A stretch of DNA of 63,282 nucleotides, from the NCBI GenBank assembly GCA_017881185.1, contig JADGRE010000004.1, positions 1-63,282 of the forward strand. Direction: 5' to 3'. Source of the stretch: Pseudomonadota bacterium. Lineage in GTDB: Bacteria > Myxococcota_A > Polyangia > Polyangiales > JAFGIB01. Of the stretch, positions 18,512-28,124 are shown one piece after another (position 1 is the stretch's first letter; the number at the start of each line of letters is the position of its first letter). The translations under genes were made by a program, and so were the position numbers. Under the pieces are notes generated by a model that was not told the origin of the DNA, did no database searches, and saw only the letters and a list, made by a program, of their open reading frames with translations.

Positions 18512-19033
18512 ATGCTCACATCGATCGGTCGCAAGCCCGCCTCCCCCGAGCTGCTCGATCTACTGCTCGAGTGCCACGGGCGCATTCGCGCGTTCACGAC
18601 CCTGGCCGTGCGCCTGAGCGAAGCGCGAGACGTGCCCGCAGCCGAGATTGCCGACAGCGCAGAGCGCGTGGCCCAGTACTTCGGCCGGGCCCTGCCGCTG
18701 CACGCGCAAGACGAGGAGCTCTCGCTCGTGCCGAGGCTGCGCGGTCACGACGAGCAGCTCGACGACGAGCTCGCCGAGATGTGCGAGGAGCACGAAGCTC
18801 ACGAGGAGTCCGTCGCCGAGCTGGTCGCGTTGTGCTCGGCGCTGCGCGACGAGCCAGACCGACACCTCGAGCTCGCACCGACGCTCGGCGAGACCGCGCG
18901 CGAGCTGCAGGCGCACTTCGGGCCGCACCTCGCTCGCGAGGAGCAGCACATCTTCCCTGCCCTCGCGACCCAGCTCGACGCCAACACGCGCGCAGAGATC
19001 GTGAAGGAGATGCGCGCCCGGCGCAGTGCTTGA
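18512..19033 (+). CDS. Hemerythrin/HHE cation-binding domain protein
   Basis: ECHGRI, HAQDEE, EHEAHEE and HLAREEQHIFP His/Glu ligand pattern. Confidence 0.85.
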   Translation: MLTSIGRKPASPELLDLLLECHGRIRAFTTLAVRLSEARDVPAAEIADSAERVAQYFGRALPLHAQDEELSLVPRLRGHDEQLDDELAEMCEEHEAHEESVAELVALCSALRDEPDRHLELAPTLGETARELQAHFGPHLAREEQHIFPALATQLDANTRAEIVKEMRARRSA

Positions 19034-19225
19034 GCGCGCGCAGGAGCGCACTCGCCGCCCAACGACAAGTCGAGCTTCGAAGCATATATTATTGTTATTG
19101 CTTGTATTTTTCACGCAACATCGACTCCGGATCAAGTCCCGCCAAGCCTGTGCTAACGTGTGGGTATCGCGAGAGCGTGGACCGGGATTGAACCTGGCCG
19201 CGACTTGGGCGAGCAGGGTTGTCCG

Positions 19226-20137
19226 GTGTCCAAACACTCAACGGCTGTGACCTCACGCGTCACGCTGAACACGCTGCGCACGCTGGCTGCGCGCGGCGAG
19301 CGCATCGTCATGACCACGGCGTACGACGCGAGCTTCGCGCGCATGCTCGATGAAGGCGGCGCCGATGTGCTGCTGGTCGGCGACTCGCTCGGCATGGTGG
19401 TCCAAGGCCTCGACACCACCCTGCCCGTCACGCTCGACGAAATGATCTACCACGCACGCGCGGTGTCGCGCGGCAGCAAGCGCGCGCACCTGGTCGGCGA
19501 CATGCCGTTCATGAGCTACCAGGTCTCGGCCGAGCAGGCGCTGACGAACGCCGGCCGCTTCCTGGCGGAAGGCAACATGCACGCGGTCAAGCTCGAGGGT
19601 GGCGTCGAGATGGCGTCCACCATTCGCCGGCTGGTTGCGACCGGCATTCCGGTGATGGGTCACGTGGGGCTCAAGCCGCAGAGCGTGCACGCGATGGGCG
19701 GCTTCAAGCTGCAGGGCAAAGACCCCGACGAGGCCGAGGCCGTGCTGCGCGACGCGATGGCCGTGGCCGATGCGGGTGCCTACGCGCTGGTGCTCGAAGG
19801 CATCCCGGCGCCGCTGGCCGCGCGCATCACCAAGCAGCTGCCGATCCCGACCATCGGCATCGGCGCCGGTGCCGGCTGCGATGGCCAGGTGTTGGTCTGC
19901 TACGACCTGCTCGGTCTCACGCCTGATCATCTGCCGCGCTTCGTGAAGCGCTACGAGACCTTCTACGAGCGCGGGGTCACCGCGGTGCGTGCCTATGCCA
20001 GCGAAGTGCGGGCCGGCAGCTTCCCGGCCGCCGAGCACAGCTTCGGCTCGGGCGCGAGCACCAGCACCGGCGGCAGCCAGCCGGCCACCAACGACAACGA
20101 ACCGTTGCAGGCCGAGAGCAGCGAGCCCATTCACTGA
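19226..20137 (+). CDS. panB: 3-methyl-2-oxobutanoate hydroxymethyltransferase
   Basis: [23 protein letters not shown] and PTIGIGAG...CDGQVLV. The GTG start at 19226 was chosen by eye. Confidence 0.96.
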   Translation: MSKHSTAVTSRVTLNTLRTLAARGERIVMTTAYDASFARMLDEGGADVLLVGDSLGMVVQGLDTTLPVTLDEMIYHARAVSRGSKRAHLVGDMPFMSYQVSAEQALTNAGRFLAEGNMHAVKLEGGVEMASTIRRLVATGIPVMGHVGLKPQSVHAMGGFKLQGKDPDEAEAVLRDAMAVADAGAYALVLEGIPAPLAARITKQLPIPTIGIGAGAGCDGQVLVCYDLLGLTPDHLPRFVKRYETFYERGVTAVRAYASEVRAGSFPAAEHSFGSGASTSTGGSQPATNDNEPLQAESSEPIH

Positions 20138-21000
20138 TGCTCGCAGTGGTGCATGCGCCGCGCGAGCTCGCAGCCACGACCGAGGCCTTGCGTGCGGGCG
20201 GACAGCGCGTGGGCCTGGTGCCCACGATGGGTGCACTGCACGCCGGGCACATGTCGCTCGTGCAAGCCGTGCGCGACGCCGGCGCAACGCGCGTGGTGCT
20301 CAGCGTGTTCGTGAACCCGCTGCAGTTCGGGCCCAAGGAAGACTTTTCGAAATACCCGCGCACCTTGCCCGACGACCTCGAGCTCTGCCGTGCCCACGGC
20401 GTGGACGTGGTGTACGCACCCGCCGCCGAGCAGATGTACCCACCGGGCTTTCAGACCCACGTCGAGGTGGAGCAACTCACCCAAGCGCTTGAAGGCGCGG
20501 CGCGGCCCACGCACTTTCGCGGCGTCACCACGGTGGTGGCCAAGCTGTTCAACGCCACGGGGCCGTGCGTGGCCGCGTTCGGTCGCAAGGACTACCAACA
20601 GTGGCGCACGCTCGAACGCATGGCGGCCGATCTCGACATGCCGGTGCAGGTGCTGGGCTGCCCCATCCTGCGCGAGCCCGATGGGCTGGCGATGTCGTCG
20701 CGTAACCGCTACCTGCAGCCTGAGCACCGAACGCGCGCCACGGCGATCTACGCCGGCTTGCGCGGGGCGAGTGCGGCCTTCGCCGCCGGCGAACGTCGCG
20801 TTGCGCGGCTGGAAGAGCTGGCGCGCGCAGGCGTAGCAGCCGCGTTCGACAGCATCGATTACGTGACGGTTGCGGGCGCGCAAGACTTGGCAGCGCCCGG
20901 CGAGCAAGCCGCCGAGCACAGCGTGATGCTGGTGGCGGCGCGCATCGGCGGCACCCGCCTCATCGACAACGCGATCCTGGGGCAGGATTGCCTGGTCTGA
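20137..21000 (+). CDS. panC: Pantoate--beta-alanine ligase
   Basis: VPTMGALHAGH, SVFVNPLQFGP, RPTHFRGV, FGRKDYQQ, REPDGLAMSSRN and RLIDN. Confidence 0.97.
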   Translation: MLAVVHAPRELAATTEALRAGGQRVGLVPTMGALHAGHMSLVQAVRDAGATRVVLSVFVNPLQFGPKEDFSKYPRTLPDDLELCRAHGVDVVYAPAAEQMYPPGFQTHVEVEQLTQALEGAARPTHFRGVTTVVAKLFNATGPCVAAFGRKDYQQWRTLERMAADLDMPVQVLGCPILREPDGLAMSSRNRYLQPEHRTRATAIYAGLRGASAAFAAGERRVARLEELARAGVAAAFDSIDYVTVAGAQDLAAPGEQAAEHSVMLVAARIGGTRLIDNAILGQDCLV

Positions 21001-21055
21001 GGCCTACGCTTCGCGGGCGCATTTGCTAGACTCGCGGCTGGGGCGAGAACTGCCA

Positions 21056-21598
21056 ATGAGCGAGCACAGAGGCCACCTACCCAAGGTCACCGCAGCCATG
21101 CTGCGCAATAACCGTCTGTTCCACGACTTCGACGAGTCCGTGCTGCAGGCCTTGGTGCGCGAGCTCCCCCCGAAGGTCGTGAACCCGGGCGACGTGCTCA
21201 TCGCCGAAGGCGAGCTCGCGCCGCACATGTTCGTGGTCGTCAACGGCGAGCTGGAAGTGCTGACACACGGCGTGGGCGAAAGCGCCGACGTGCGCTTGGC
21301 GCTGCTGGGCCCCGGCGACTGGGTGGGCGAGATGGCCATCCTCGACGTGCAGCCGCGCTCGGCCACCGTGCGCGCACTGGCGCCGAGCCTGCTCTTGTGC
21401 CTGACCACGCACGACGTGGCGCGGCTCATCCAGGGGCACGACGCCAAGCACTACGGGCTCTTGTTGGTGAACATCGCGCGCGAGCTGGGCCGCCGGTTAC
21501 GCGTGGCCGACCGCATCATCGCGCAGTCGAGCGCCGCGCTCGCGAAGCAGTACGTGCTGGAAAGCATGCGACCGCCGGCACCGCCCAAAGGCCAGTAG
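21056..21598 (+). CDS. Stand-alone cyclic nucleotide-binding domain protein
   Basis: MFVVVNGELEV, LGPGDWVGEMAIL...RSATVRA; no HTH follows. Confidence 0.85.
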   Translation: MSEHRGHLPKVTAAMLRNNRLFHDFDESVLQALVRELPPKVVNPGDVLIAEGELAPHMFVVVNGELEVLTHGVGESADVRLALLGPGDWVGEMAILDVQPRSATVRALAPSLLLCLTTHDVARLIQGHDAKHYGLLLVNIARELGRRLRVADRIIAQSSAALAKQYVLESMRPPAPPKGQ

Positions 21599-21604
21599 GC
21601 GGCG

Positions 21605-21623
21605 GTCGGGGGCTGGCCCCGAC
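21605..21623. terminator. GC-rich hairpin between convergent genes
   Basis: GTCGGGG-gctgg-CCCCGAC; no clear U tract. Confidence 0.4.
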
Positions 21624-21632
21624 GTTCGCGTG

Positions 21633-21779
21633 CTAGCGCGTCTTCGAACGGCGCAAGCCCTGGCTGCGACCGGCCATGCGGTTGATACGACGGCGGTTCT
21701 TGGCCTTGAGCTTGGCGCGCAAGCGCGTGGAGCGGCGGCGATTCTTGATGCGAGACGAGCGAGTGGACCACAGGTACAT
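21633..21779 (-). CDS. Unannotated 48-aa Arg/Lys-rich small protein
   Basis: MYLWSTRSSRIKNRRRSTRLRAKLKAKNRRRINRMAGRSQGLRRSKTR*. RBS AAGGAG sits 5 nt before the ATG, and the ORF fills an otherwise empty gap. It is below the ORF track length cut-off. Confidence 0.7.
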   Translation of the reverse strand: MYLWSTRSSRIKNRRRSTRLRAKLKAKNRRRINRMAGRSQGLRRSKTR

Positions 21780-21803
21780 GGCGGCTCCTTGAATGGGCCC
21801 GCC

Positions 21804-21832
21804 TTCTTACCCGCCCCCGCCCAGGGTTGCAA
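21804..21832 (-). promoter_or_regulatory. Candidate sigma70-type promoter for the small basic protein
   Basis: Minus strand reads TTGCAA-17 nt-TAAGAA; the -10 lacks the conserved last T. Confidence 0.35.
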
Positions 21833-21882
21833 CTCCCAGATGCACTGCCCGTGACGCACTGCAGGCGTCGGTCGCCCTGCCC

Positions 21883-23304
21883 CTAGAGCTTCAGGCACTC
21901 GCCGCTGGTCTGGCCGCTCGTGACGACGCAGTGCTCTTTGCCCTTCAGGCACTCTGCGTCGTTGGTGCAGGCCGGGTAGCAGATGGTCGTGGTCGTGGGG
22001 TCGCCGTCGTCGTCCGCGCAGGCATAGCCGGCCGCGCAATCGGCGGCGGTGGTGCAGTCGTGCACGCAGAAGGTCAGGTCGCCGCTGAGCCCCATGCACT
22101 CGTTCTTGGCACCGCACACGCCCTTGGGCAGGCCGGGCGCGAGGCAGTCGAGGATCGAGCAACTGCCTCCGGGGCCGGTCACGTTGCCGACCGCCAACGT
22201 CAAGCAGCGCCCGAAGCCGTACGGCGAGTAACATTCGTCGTCGGTCGTGCAGGCCACGCCGACGTTGTTCTTGGTGACGGCGTTGTAGTTGCCACCGACG
22301 CACACGCCGTCGCTCGCGTCCTTGCCGCCGTTGTAATGACAGCGGTAGCCGTCGCGACAGCCCATGCCGTGTCCGCCCACACCGAGTTGCTCGGCCGTGG
22401 GCTCGGCACCCACGCGACAACTTGTCAGACACGCCGGCGCGCTGGTGCTGCCCGAGGTCCACGGCCGCAGCGGCTCGCACACGGTGTTGTCGCCTGCACA
22501 CCCGCGACCCGTGACGTCGCAGCCGAACTTGGTGCAGTAGCCGCCAGGGAAATGCAGGCCTGCCAGCGTGGAGAGCGGACCCACGCAGTTGCCTTCCGTT
22601 TCGCAGTCATCCTGACGCTTGCACGCGGTGCCGGTGCTGCCAGCAGTGCCCGGATGAGCGCAGCGGCCCGTCTTGCTGCTGCACGTGGACTTGGACGCCG
22701 TGTCGTACGAGAGCGCGTCGACGTGACCGTCCGCATTGCTGTCGAGTGGTTGCAAGCGACACTCCGCATCGGAGTGACAGGCCTCGACGCAGGCGTGAAT
22801 GCCGAAATCGCAGGTGTAGCCCACGCGCGCGCAGCCGCTGGCCTTGACGCTCGGCGTGCAGGTTGCACGGCAGTCGACGAGCGTGTTGCCGCCGACGTTG
22901 TCGACGACGCAGCTGCCGTTGTCACCGCAGCCCGACTGCGCGGCCGGCTGCAACGGATCGCACGAGGTCCCGCCGTCTGGATCGTACGGAGCGATCGGTC
23001 GCGGCGTGCACGAGCCACCGGGGAACAAGCCGAAGTCCACCTCGCCACCGGGCGCGCCCATGACGGGAACCACGTTGGGAATGGGCAAGTCGCACTTGGT
23101 GCCCTTGGGGCAATCCGTGTCCTTCTTGCAGGCGCCGCCGACAGCGGCATGGATCGCGGCGTCGCTGAGCACACCGCCGTCGAGACGGCTGGCCGGCTTG
23201 CCGGCGAACCTGTCGCTCGTGGAGCAGGCAGCGAGGCTGCAGCACAACAACCCCAAGGAGATGCCGGCAGCAGCCGCTCGAGCAACCAGATGCCGCGTTG
23301 TCAT
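21883..23304 (-). CDS. Cys-rich myxobacterial lipoprotein
   Basis: Lipobox LAAC, repeated CxxDxDC/CxxDxEC and (F)PGG(S/Y)C motifs; 3 bp downstream of the SCP2 gene. Confidence 0.8.
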   Translation of the reverse strand: MTTRHLVARAAAAGISLGLLCCSLAACSTSDRFAGKPASRLDGGVLSDAAIHAAVGGACKKDTDCPKGTKCDLPIPNVVPVMGAPGGEVDFGLFPGGSCTPRPIAPYDPDGGTSCDPLQPAAQSGCGDNGSCVVDNVGGNTLVDCRATCTPSVKASGCARVGYTCDFGIHACVEACHSDAECRLQPLDSNADGHVDALSYDTASKSTCSSKTGRCAHPGTAGSTGTACKRQDDCETEGNCVGPLSTLAGLHFPGGYCTKFGCDVTGRGCAGDNTVCEPLRPWTSGSTSAPACLTSCRVGAEPTAEQLGVGGHGMGCRDGYRCHYNGGKDASDGVCVGGNYNAVTKNNVGVACTTDDECYSPYGFGRCLTLAVGNVTGPGGSCSILDCLAPGLPKGVCGAKNECMGLSGDLTFCVHDCTTAADCAAGYACADDDGDPTTTTICYPACTNDAECLKGKEHCVVTSGQTSGECLKL

Positions 23305-23307
23305 GGA

Positions 23308-23727
23308 TCAGTGAGTCTCCTGGAACCACTCGGTGAGTGCGCGAGCCAGCGCGAGATCGCCGGTGACGCGTAGCTTGCCCGCCTCGTAGGCCTGCAAGCC
23401 ATCGAGGCCGCCGGTAACCAGGCGCAGGAAGTCGGGAAGTTGCATGGCCAGCGCCACGCGCGCGTCGCCGTGTGCGCCACGACTGACGGTGCACTCGCCG
23501 TCGGCGACCTCGACTTCGTAGGTGCTGAGGTCGCCCTCGGGGGTGGTGATGTCCCAGCGGATCAGCGCGCTCTGGCCCTGCGCGCGATCGGCATGGAAGG
23601 CTTCTTTCATTCCCAAAAACGCTTGCTCGAGCAGAGCAGCCGACCCACCCACGCTGCGCACCCACGCGATGATCTCATCGTCGCTTCGACCGAGCAGGAC
23701 GTGGCGAATCTCGTTTGTCTGGGACAT
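23308..23727 (-). CDS. SCP2 sterol/lipid-binding domain protein
   Basis: DFLRLVTGGLDGLQAYEAGKLRVTGDLALA is the SCP2 signature; the start was trimmed to ATG 23727. Confidence 0.85.
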   Translation of the reverse strand: MSQTNEIRHVLLGRSDDEIIAWVRSVGGSAALLEQAFLGMKEAFHADRAQGQSALIRWDITTPEGDLSTYEVEVADGECTVSRGAHGDARVALAMQLPDFLRLVTGGLDGLQAYEAGKLRVTGDLALARALTEWFQETH

Positions 23728-23887
23728 CCAGCCCTGTTTCTCCGACCCCGCGGGGGGCTGCGGTCGGCAGGCAGCTTCAGCAGACACATAGGCGGGCTGG
23801 GTGAGGCCTGTCAACGGGCCGAACCAGGGGCGCAACCCGGTCCGCCGCGGTTGCAGCGCTGGGCTGCGTGCGCTAACAGGCTGAGCC

Positions 23888-24271
23888 ATGGCTTGTGCGG
23901 TTACGCACGGTATCCGCGTCGAAGTGACGAGCGAGTTCTTGCCCCAGCACTCGAGCGCGAGCGCCAAGCGCTACGTGTTCTCCTACACGGTGCAGATCTC
24001 GAACGAGTCCGAGTCCACGGTTCAGCTCAAGAGCCGCCACTGGCACATCCTGCACGGCAGCGGCCGGCGCGAAGAAGTGCGCGGGCCTGGCGTCGTCGGC
24101 GAACAGCCGGTGATTCGCCCCGGCGAAGGCTTCGAGTACTCCAGCGGCTGCGTGCTGTCGGCGCCGCATGGAACCATGCACGGCAGCTACGAGATGCTCG
24201 GCGACGACGGCGACCCGTTCGAAGTGGAGATCCCAGCCTTCGTGTTGGCGATTCCGCACGCGCTCAACTGA
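23888..24271 (+). CDS. apaG: ApaG (Co2+/Mg2+ efflux-associated, DUF525)
   Basis: YVFSYTVQISNE...VQLKSRHW...VRGPGVVGEQP...FEYSSG...GTMHGSY. Confidence 0.95.
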   Translation: MACAVTHGIRVEVTSEFLPQHSSASAKRYVFSYTVQISNESESTVQLKSRHWHILHGSGRREEVRGPGVVGEQPVIRPGEGFEYSSGCVLSAPHGTMHGSYEMLGDDGDPFEVEIPAFVLAIPHALN

Positions 24272-24457
24272 ACACGCGTCGCCCTGTTGGCGGCGTCGAT
24301 CCAGCGTTTTCGCAGGCCCCTGGAAGCAGCGGTTCTCACCGCATTCCCTGGACAATTCGTCCACTGGTGGCATGCTGGGCCGCACCTGTCGGGCAAGCGA
24401 GATCTCGCGGCACCTTCGCGGGCCGTATGCCGCATGCCGCAGGCGAGGTCAGCCCTG

Positions 24458-26299
24458 ATGGACGGTCACAAGATGCATATGAAGAGCGGCGCCAGCGACT
24501 CGGGCGCCACGCGCGGCGCGTCGGGCCACCCCAAAGCCCCGGCCAGCTCGCGTGTCACGCGCCGCGCGGCCAAGCCCAAGCTGCCCGCCAAGCTGCCCAC
24601 CGGCGCCGAGCGCCTGGTGCAGTGCATGGAGGCGCACGGCGTCGAGTACATCTTCGGTCTCTCGGGCGGCGCCGCCATGCCCATCTTCGATGCGCTGGTC
24701 GACTCCAAGATCAAGCTCATCCTCACGCGCCACGAGCAAGGCGCGACCCACATGGCCGACGGTTACGCGCGCGCCACTGGCAAGCCCGGCGTGGTGCTCG
24801 TCACCTCCGGCCCCGGCGCGACCAACACGGTCACCGGCTTGCTCACGGCCATGATGGACTCGGTGCCGATGATCGTGCTCACGGGCCAGACCGTCACTTC
24901 CAGCCTCGGCAAAGACGCCTTTCAAGAAGCCGACGTCACGGGCATCACCTACCCCGTCGTCAAGCACAGCTACCTCGTCACGCGCACCAACGACATCCCG
25001 CGCATCGTGCACGAGGCCTTCTACCTCGCGACCAGCGGTCGCCCCGGACCGATCCTCATCGATCTGCCCAAAGACATCACCTCCGCCGCATGCAGCGCAG
25101 GCGATCCCGATCGCGTGCGCATTCCTGGTTACTCGGTGCCCAGTCGCGCCACACCCGAAGCGCTCGAGGCCACCGCAGCGGCGCTCGCGAAGTCCAAGCG
25201 CCCGGTGCTGTACGTCGGCCACGGAGCGGTCATCGCCGGTGCGGGCGAAGCCATCACCAAGCTCTCCGAGAAGCTGCAGGCCCCCGTGGTCAATACGCTG
25301 CTCGGCAAGGGCGCAGTCGATGAAACCTTGCCACAGCACCTGGGCATGCTCGGCATGCACGGCACCGCTTACGCGAACAAGGCCGTGCAGGGCTGCGATC
25401 TCATCATGGCGATCGGTGCACGCTGGGACGACCGCATCACCGGTCGCGTCTCGGAGTTCTGCGCGGATGCCATGCGCATCCACGTCGATGTCGACCCTTC
25501 GGAGTTCAACAAGACGGTCACCAGCCACGTGCAGTTGCTCGGCGATGCGCGCCTGGTCATCGAAGACCTGCTGCCGATGGTCGGCAAGCTCGACACCGAC
25601 GCCTGGATGGCGCAGTGCGCGCAGTGGCGCAAGGCGTTCCCGCTCAAGTACCCCACGCGCGGCAAAGCCTTGCGTGCGCAGCACGTGCTCGATCGCTTGA
25701 ACGAGCTGACCCAGGGCGCGGCGCTCGTCACCACCGACGTCGGCCAACACCAGATGTGGGCCGCACAGTTCCTGCGCACGCGCGGGCATCGCATGTGGTT
25801 GTCGTCCGGCGGTGCCGGCACCATGGGCTACGGCTTTCCGGCCGCCATCGGCGCCCAGTTCGGCAAGCGCAAGACCCCGGTGTGGACGGTCGTCGGCGAC
25901 GGCGGTTTCCAGATGACGATGTGTGAGCTCGCCACCGCAGCCATTCACAAGCTGCCGGTGAAGGTGCTCATCATCAACAACAACTACCTCGGCATGGTCC
26001 GCCAGTGGCAGGAGCTCTTCTTCGACAACCGCTTGAGCGGCGTCGACCTCGAGGGCAACCCCGACTTCGTCAAGCTCGCGGGCGCCTATGGCGTGAAGGG
26101 CTTCTACATCCGCAAGCCGACCGACGTCGACCGCGTGCTCAAGCAAGCCATCAAGTACAACGCTGGCCCGTGCGTGATCGAAGCGGTGGTCGTGAAGGAA
26201 GACAACGTCTTCCCCATGATCCCGGCGGGCGCGGCCTACCGAGACATGATCATCGAGCGCCCCAAAGGCAAGCTCGAAAAACCCGAGGGCAGCACCTGA
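24458..26299 (+). CDS. ilvB: Acetolactate synthase large subunit
   Basis: [45 protein letters not shown]...[12 protein letters not shown]. The start may be 24458 or a few codons later. Confidence 0.96.
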   Translation: MDGHKMHMKSGASDSGATRGASGHPKAPASSRVTRRAAKPKLPAKLPTGAERLVQCMEAHGVEYIFGLSGGAAMPIFDALVDSKIKLILTRHEQGATHMADGYARATGKPGVVLVTSGPGATNTVTGLLTAMMDSVPMIVLTGQTVTSSLGKDAFQEADVTGITYPVVKHSYLVTRTNDIPRIVHEAFYLATSGRPGPILIDLPKDITSAACSAGDPDRVRIPGYSVPSRATPEALEATAAALAKSKRPVLYVGHGAVIAGAGEAITKLSEKLQAPVVNTLLGKGAVDETLPQHLGMLGMHGTAYANKAVQGCDLIMAIGARWDDRITGRVSEFCADAMRIHVDVDPSEFNKTVTSHVQLLGDARLVIEDLLPMVGKLDTDAWMAQCAQWRKAFPLKYPTRGKALRAQHVLDRLNELTQGAALVTTDVGQHQMWAAQFLRTRGHRMWLSSGGAGTMGYGFPAAIGAQFGKRKTPVWTVVGDGGFQMTMCELATAAIHKLPVKVLIINNNYLGMVRQWQELFFDNRLSGVDLEGNPDFVKLAGAYGVKGFYIRKPTDVDRVLKQAIKYNAGPCVIEAVVVKEDNVFPMIPAGAAYRDMIIERPKGKLEKPEGST

Positions 26300-26826
26300 T
26301 GAGCGCGGCAGCAGGCACCTTGCATACGGTCTCCATCGTCACGAGCGACCACCCCGGCGTGCTGGTGCGCATCGCCCTGGTGTTCTCGCGGCGCGGCTAC
26401 AACATCGAGAGCTTGGCGGTGAGCCCTGGCGCGAAGGAAGGCTTCGCGCGCATGACCATCACCAGCCGCGGCGACGCGCAGAACGTCGACCAGATCTTGA
26501 AGCAGCTCGGCAAGCTCATCGACGTGGTCTACGTCACCGACCACCGCGACAAGGCGCCCATCGAAGTGGAGATCGCGCTCGTGAAGCTACGCGCCGATCG
26601 CGAGCAGCGCAGCGACATCCTGCGCATCGCGGAGAACTTCGAGTCGCAGGTGGTCGACGACGCCGAGGACACCTTGATCCTGCGCCTGACGGGCACCACT
26701 GCCGAGCTCGACGACTGCTTGGCCGCACTCAAGCCCTACGCCATCGACGAGCTGATCCGCTCCGGCAAGATCGTGCTCGACAGCGGCGTCTCGCAGTTCG
26801 CACCCCTCTTGAACGAAGCCAGCTGA
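26299..26826 (+). CDS. ilvN: Acetolactate synthase small (regulatory) subunit
   Basis: ACT domain PGVLVRIALVFSRRGYNIESL, QILKQLGKLIDV and ELIRSG; TGATG coupling to ilvB. Confidence 0.93.
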   Translation: MSAAAGTLHTVSIVTSDHPGVLVRIALVFSRRGYNIESLAVSPGAKEGFARMTITSRGDAQNVDQILKQLGKLIDVVYVTDHRDKAPIEVEIALVKLRADREQRSDILRIAENFESQVVDDAEDTLILRLTGTTAELDDCLAALKPYAIDELIRSGKIVLDSGVSQFAPLLNEAS

Positions 26827-26837
26827 GCCGCCCGCTG

Positions 26838-27461
26838 GTGCCAGCCAACCGGCCGAGCCTGAACGACCGCAACTGTCGCCCCACGGCAGCCTACGCCGCG
26901 CTCTCATGGGCGCTGCTCACGACGGTCGCTGTGCCCGCGTGCAAGAGCGCCGAAGACAAGTGCACGCTGGCGCAGAATGCTGCCGAGCAAGCCTGGCAGA
27001 TGCAGCTGACGGACTTGCAGGCGCAAGCCAAGCAAGCACGCGCGGCGCAGGCGTCGTCGGAGACCAAGCTGATCAAGGAGATCGAGCCGCGGCTGGCGCA
27101 GGCCGCGGAGAAGGCGGCCAGCGCGCGCTACAACCGCGACGACGACGCCTGGATGCGCGCCTACAAGGCGAACCAGAATGCCGCTTGCGCACGCGACCCC
27201 GAGTGCGCGCGCACGAAGCAAACCAACGCCGAGGCCAAGGACAAGCAACAAAACCTGGTGCCCAAGCTCATGGCCGTGCAAGCCGCGCTGGCCACGGTGC
27301 GCGGCGCTGCAGACAAGGCGTGGCAGGCCGCACAAGCCGTCATGCCCGAGCTCGGCAACCAGCTGCTCGACACGGCCAAGCAACACAGCGCTGCGGCGTA
27401 TGCCGCCTGCAAAGACCTGAAGCCGAAGGCCGACCCGAGCCTACCGGCCGAGCGACGCTAG
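26838..27461 (+). CDS. Hypothetical helical lipoprotein
   Basis: Hydrophobic segment ending VPAC, then Ala/Gln/Lys-rich helices; strong GC3 bias. The start is uncertain. Confidence 0.65.
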   Translation: MPANRPSLNDRNCRPTAAYAALSWALLTTVAVPACKSAEDKCTLAQNAAEQAWQMQLTDLQAQAKQARAAQASSETKLIKEIEPRLAQAAEKAASARYNRDDDAWMRAYKANQNAACARDPECARTKQTNAEAKDKQQNLVPKLMAVQAALATVRGAADKAWQAAQAVMPELGNQLLDTAKQHSAAAYAACKDLKPKADPSLPAERR

Positions 27462-28073
27462 ACCAAGCAACGCGCCCAGCTCCTCGAGCGCGATGCGGTA
27501 GTCGCCGACCTTGATCGTCGCCATGCCCATCTCGCGCGCCGGCTTCAGGTTCAGGCCGATGTCGTCGAGGAACGCGGCCTGATTCGGCTGCACGCGCAGC
27601 TGCTGACAAGCCAGCGTGTAGATGCGCGGGTCGGGCTTGCGCAAACCCTCGCGCGCCGACTCGATGAACACATCGAACTCGGCGCGCAGCAGCGCCATCT
27701 TGTGGACCTGGTCTTCGGACACCCAGTTGTTGGTCAGCGCCGCCGTCTTGAGCCCCGCAGCGCGGATGGTGCGGATGGCGTTGACCACGGCCGGACGCAC
27801 TTGGGTGTTTTCGGCGACCCTGGCCATGAGCGCGCGCGCCGAGATCGTGGCTCCGCGCGCGCGGTTTTCGGCGTCGAATTCGCTGAAGAACTGCTCCATG
27901 GTGAGCTCGCCGCGCTCCAGACGCGCCCAGGCGCCCGCGGCGCCGGCTTCGACGACCGCCCGGCTGAGCGCGTGCGGCGGCAGGCCCAGCTCGGCCTCGT
28001 ACTCGGCAAACGCCGCCAGCGGCGAGTCGAGCACCACGCCGCCCAGGTCGAAGATGACCGCCTCGATGCGCAT
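27441..28073 (-). CDS. HAD-superfamily phosphatase (Acad10/epoxide hydrolase N-terminal-like)
   Basis: VIFDLGGVV, LTNNW, LRKPDPRIY and FLDDIGLNL. Confidence 0.9.
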   Translation of the reverse strand: MRIEAVIFDLGGVVLDSPLAAFAEYEAELGLPPHALSRAVVEAGAAGAWARLERGELTMEQFFSEFDAENRARGATISARALMARVAENTQVRPAVVNAIRTIRAAGLKTAALTNNWVSEDQVHKMALLRAEFDVFIESAREGLRKPDPRIYTLACQQLRVQPNQAAFLDDIGLNLKPAREMGMATIKVGDYRIALEELGALLGLASLGR

Positions 28074-28124
28074 GCGAGACCTGTAGCCGATGTGACGGCC
28101 GGCCTCAATGCGCGCTTTTTGTCT

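Noticed and set aside
24272-24457. Leader peptide or attenuator upstream of ilvB
   Set aside because: No short Ile/Leu/Val-rich ORF with a terminator hairpin was seen.
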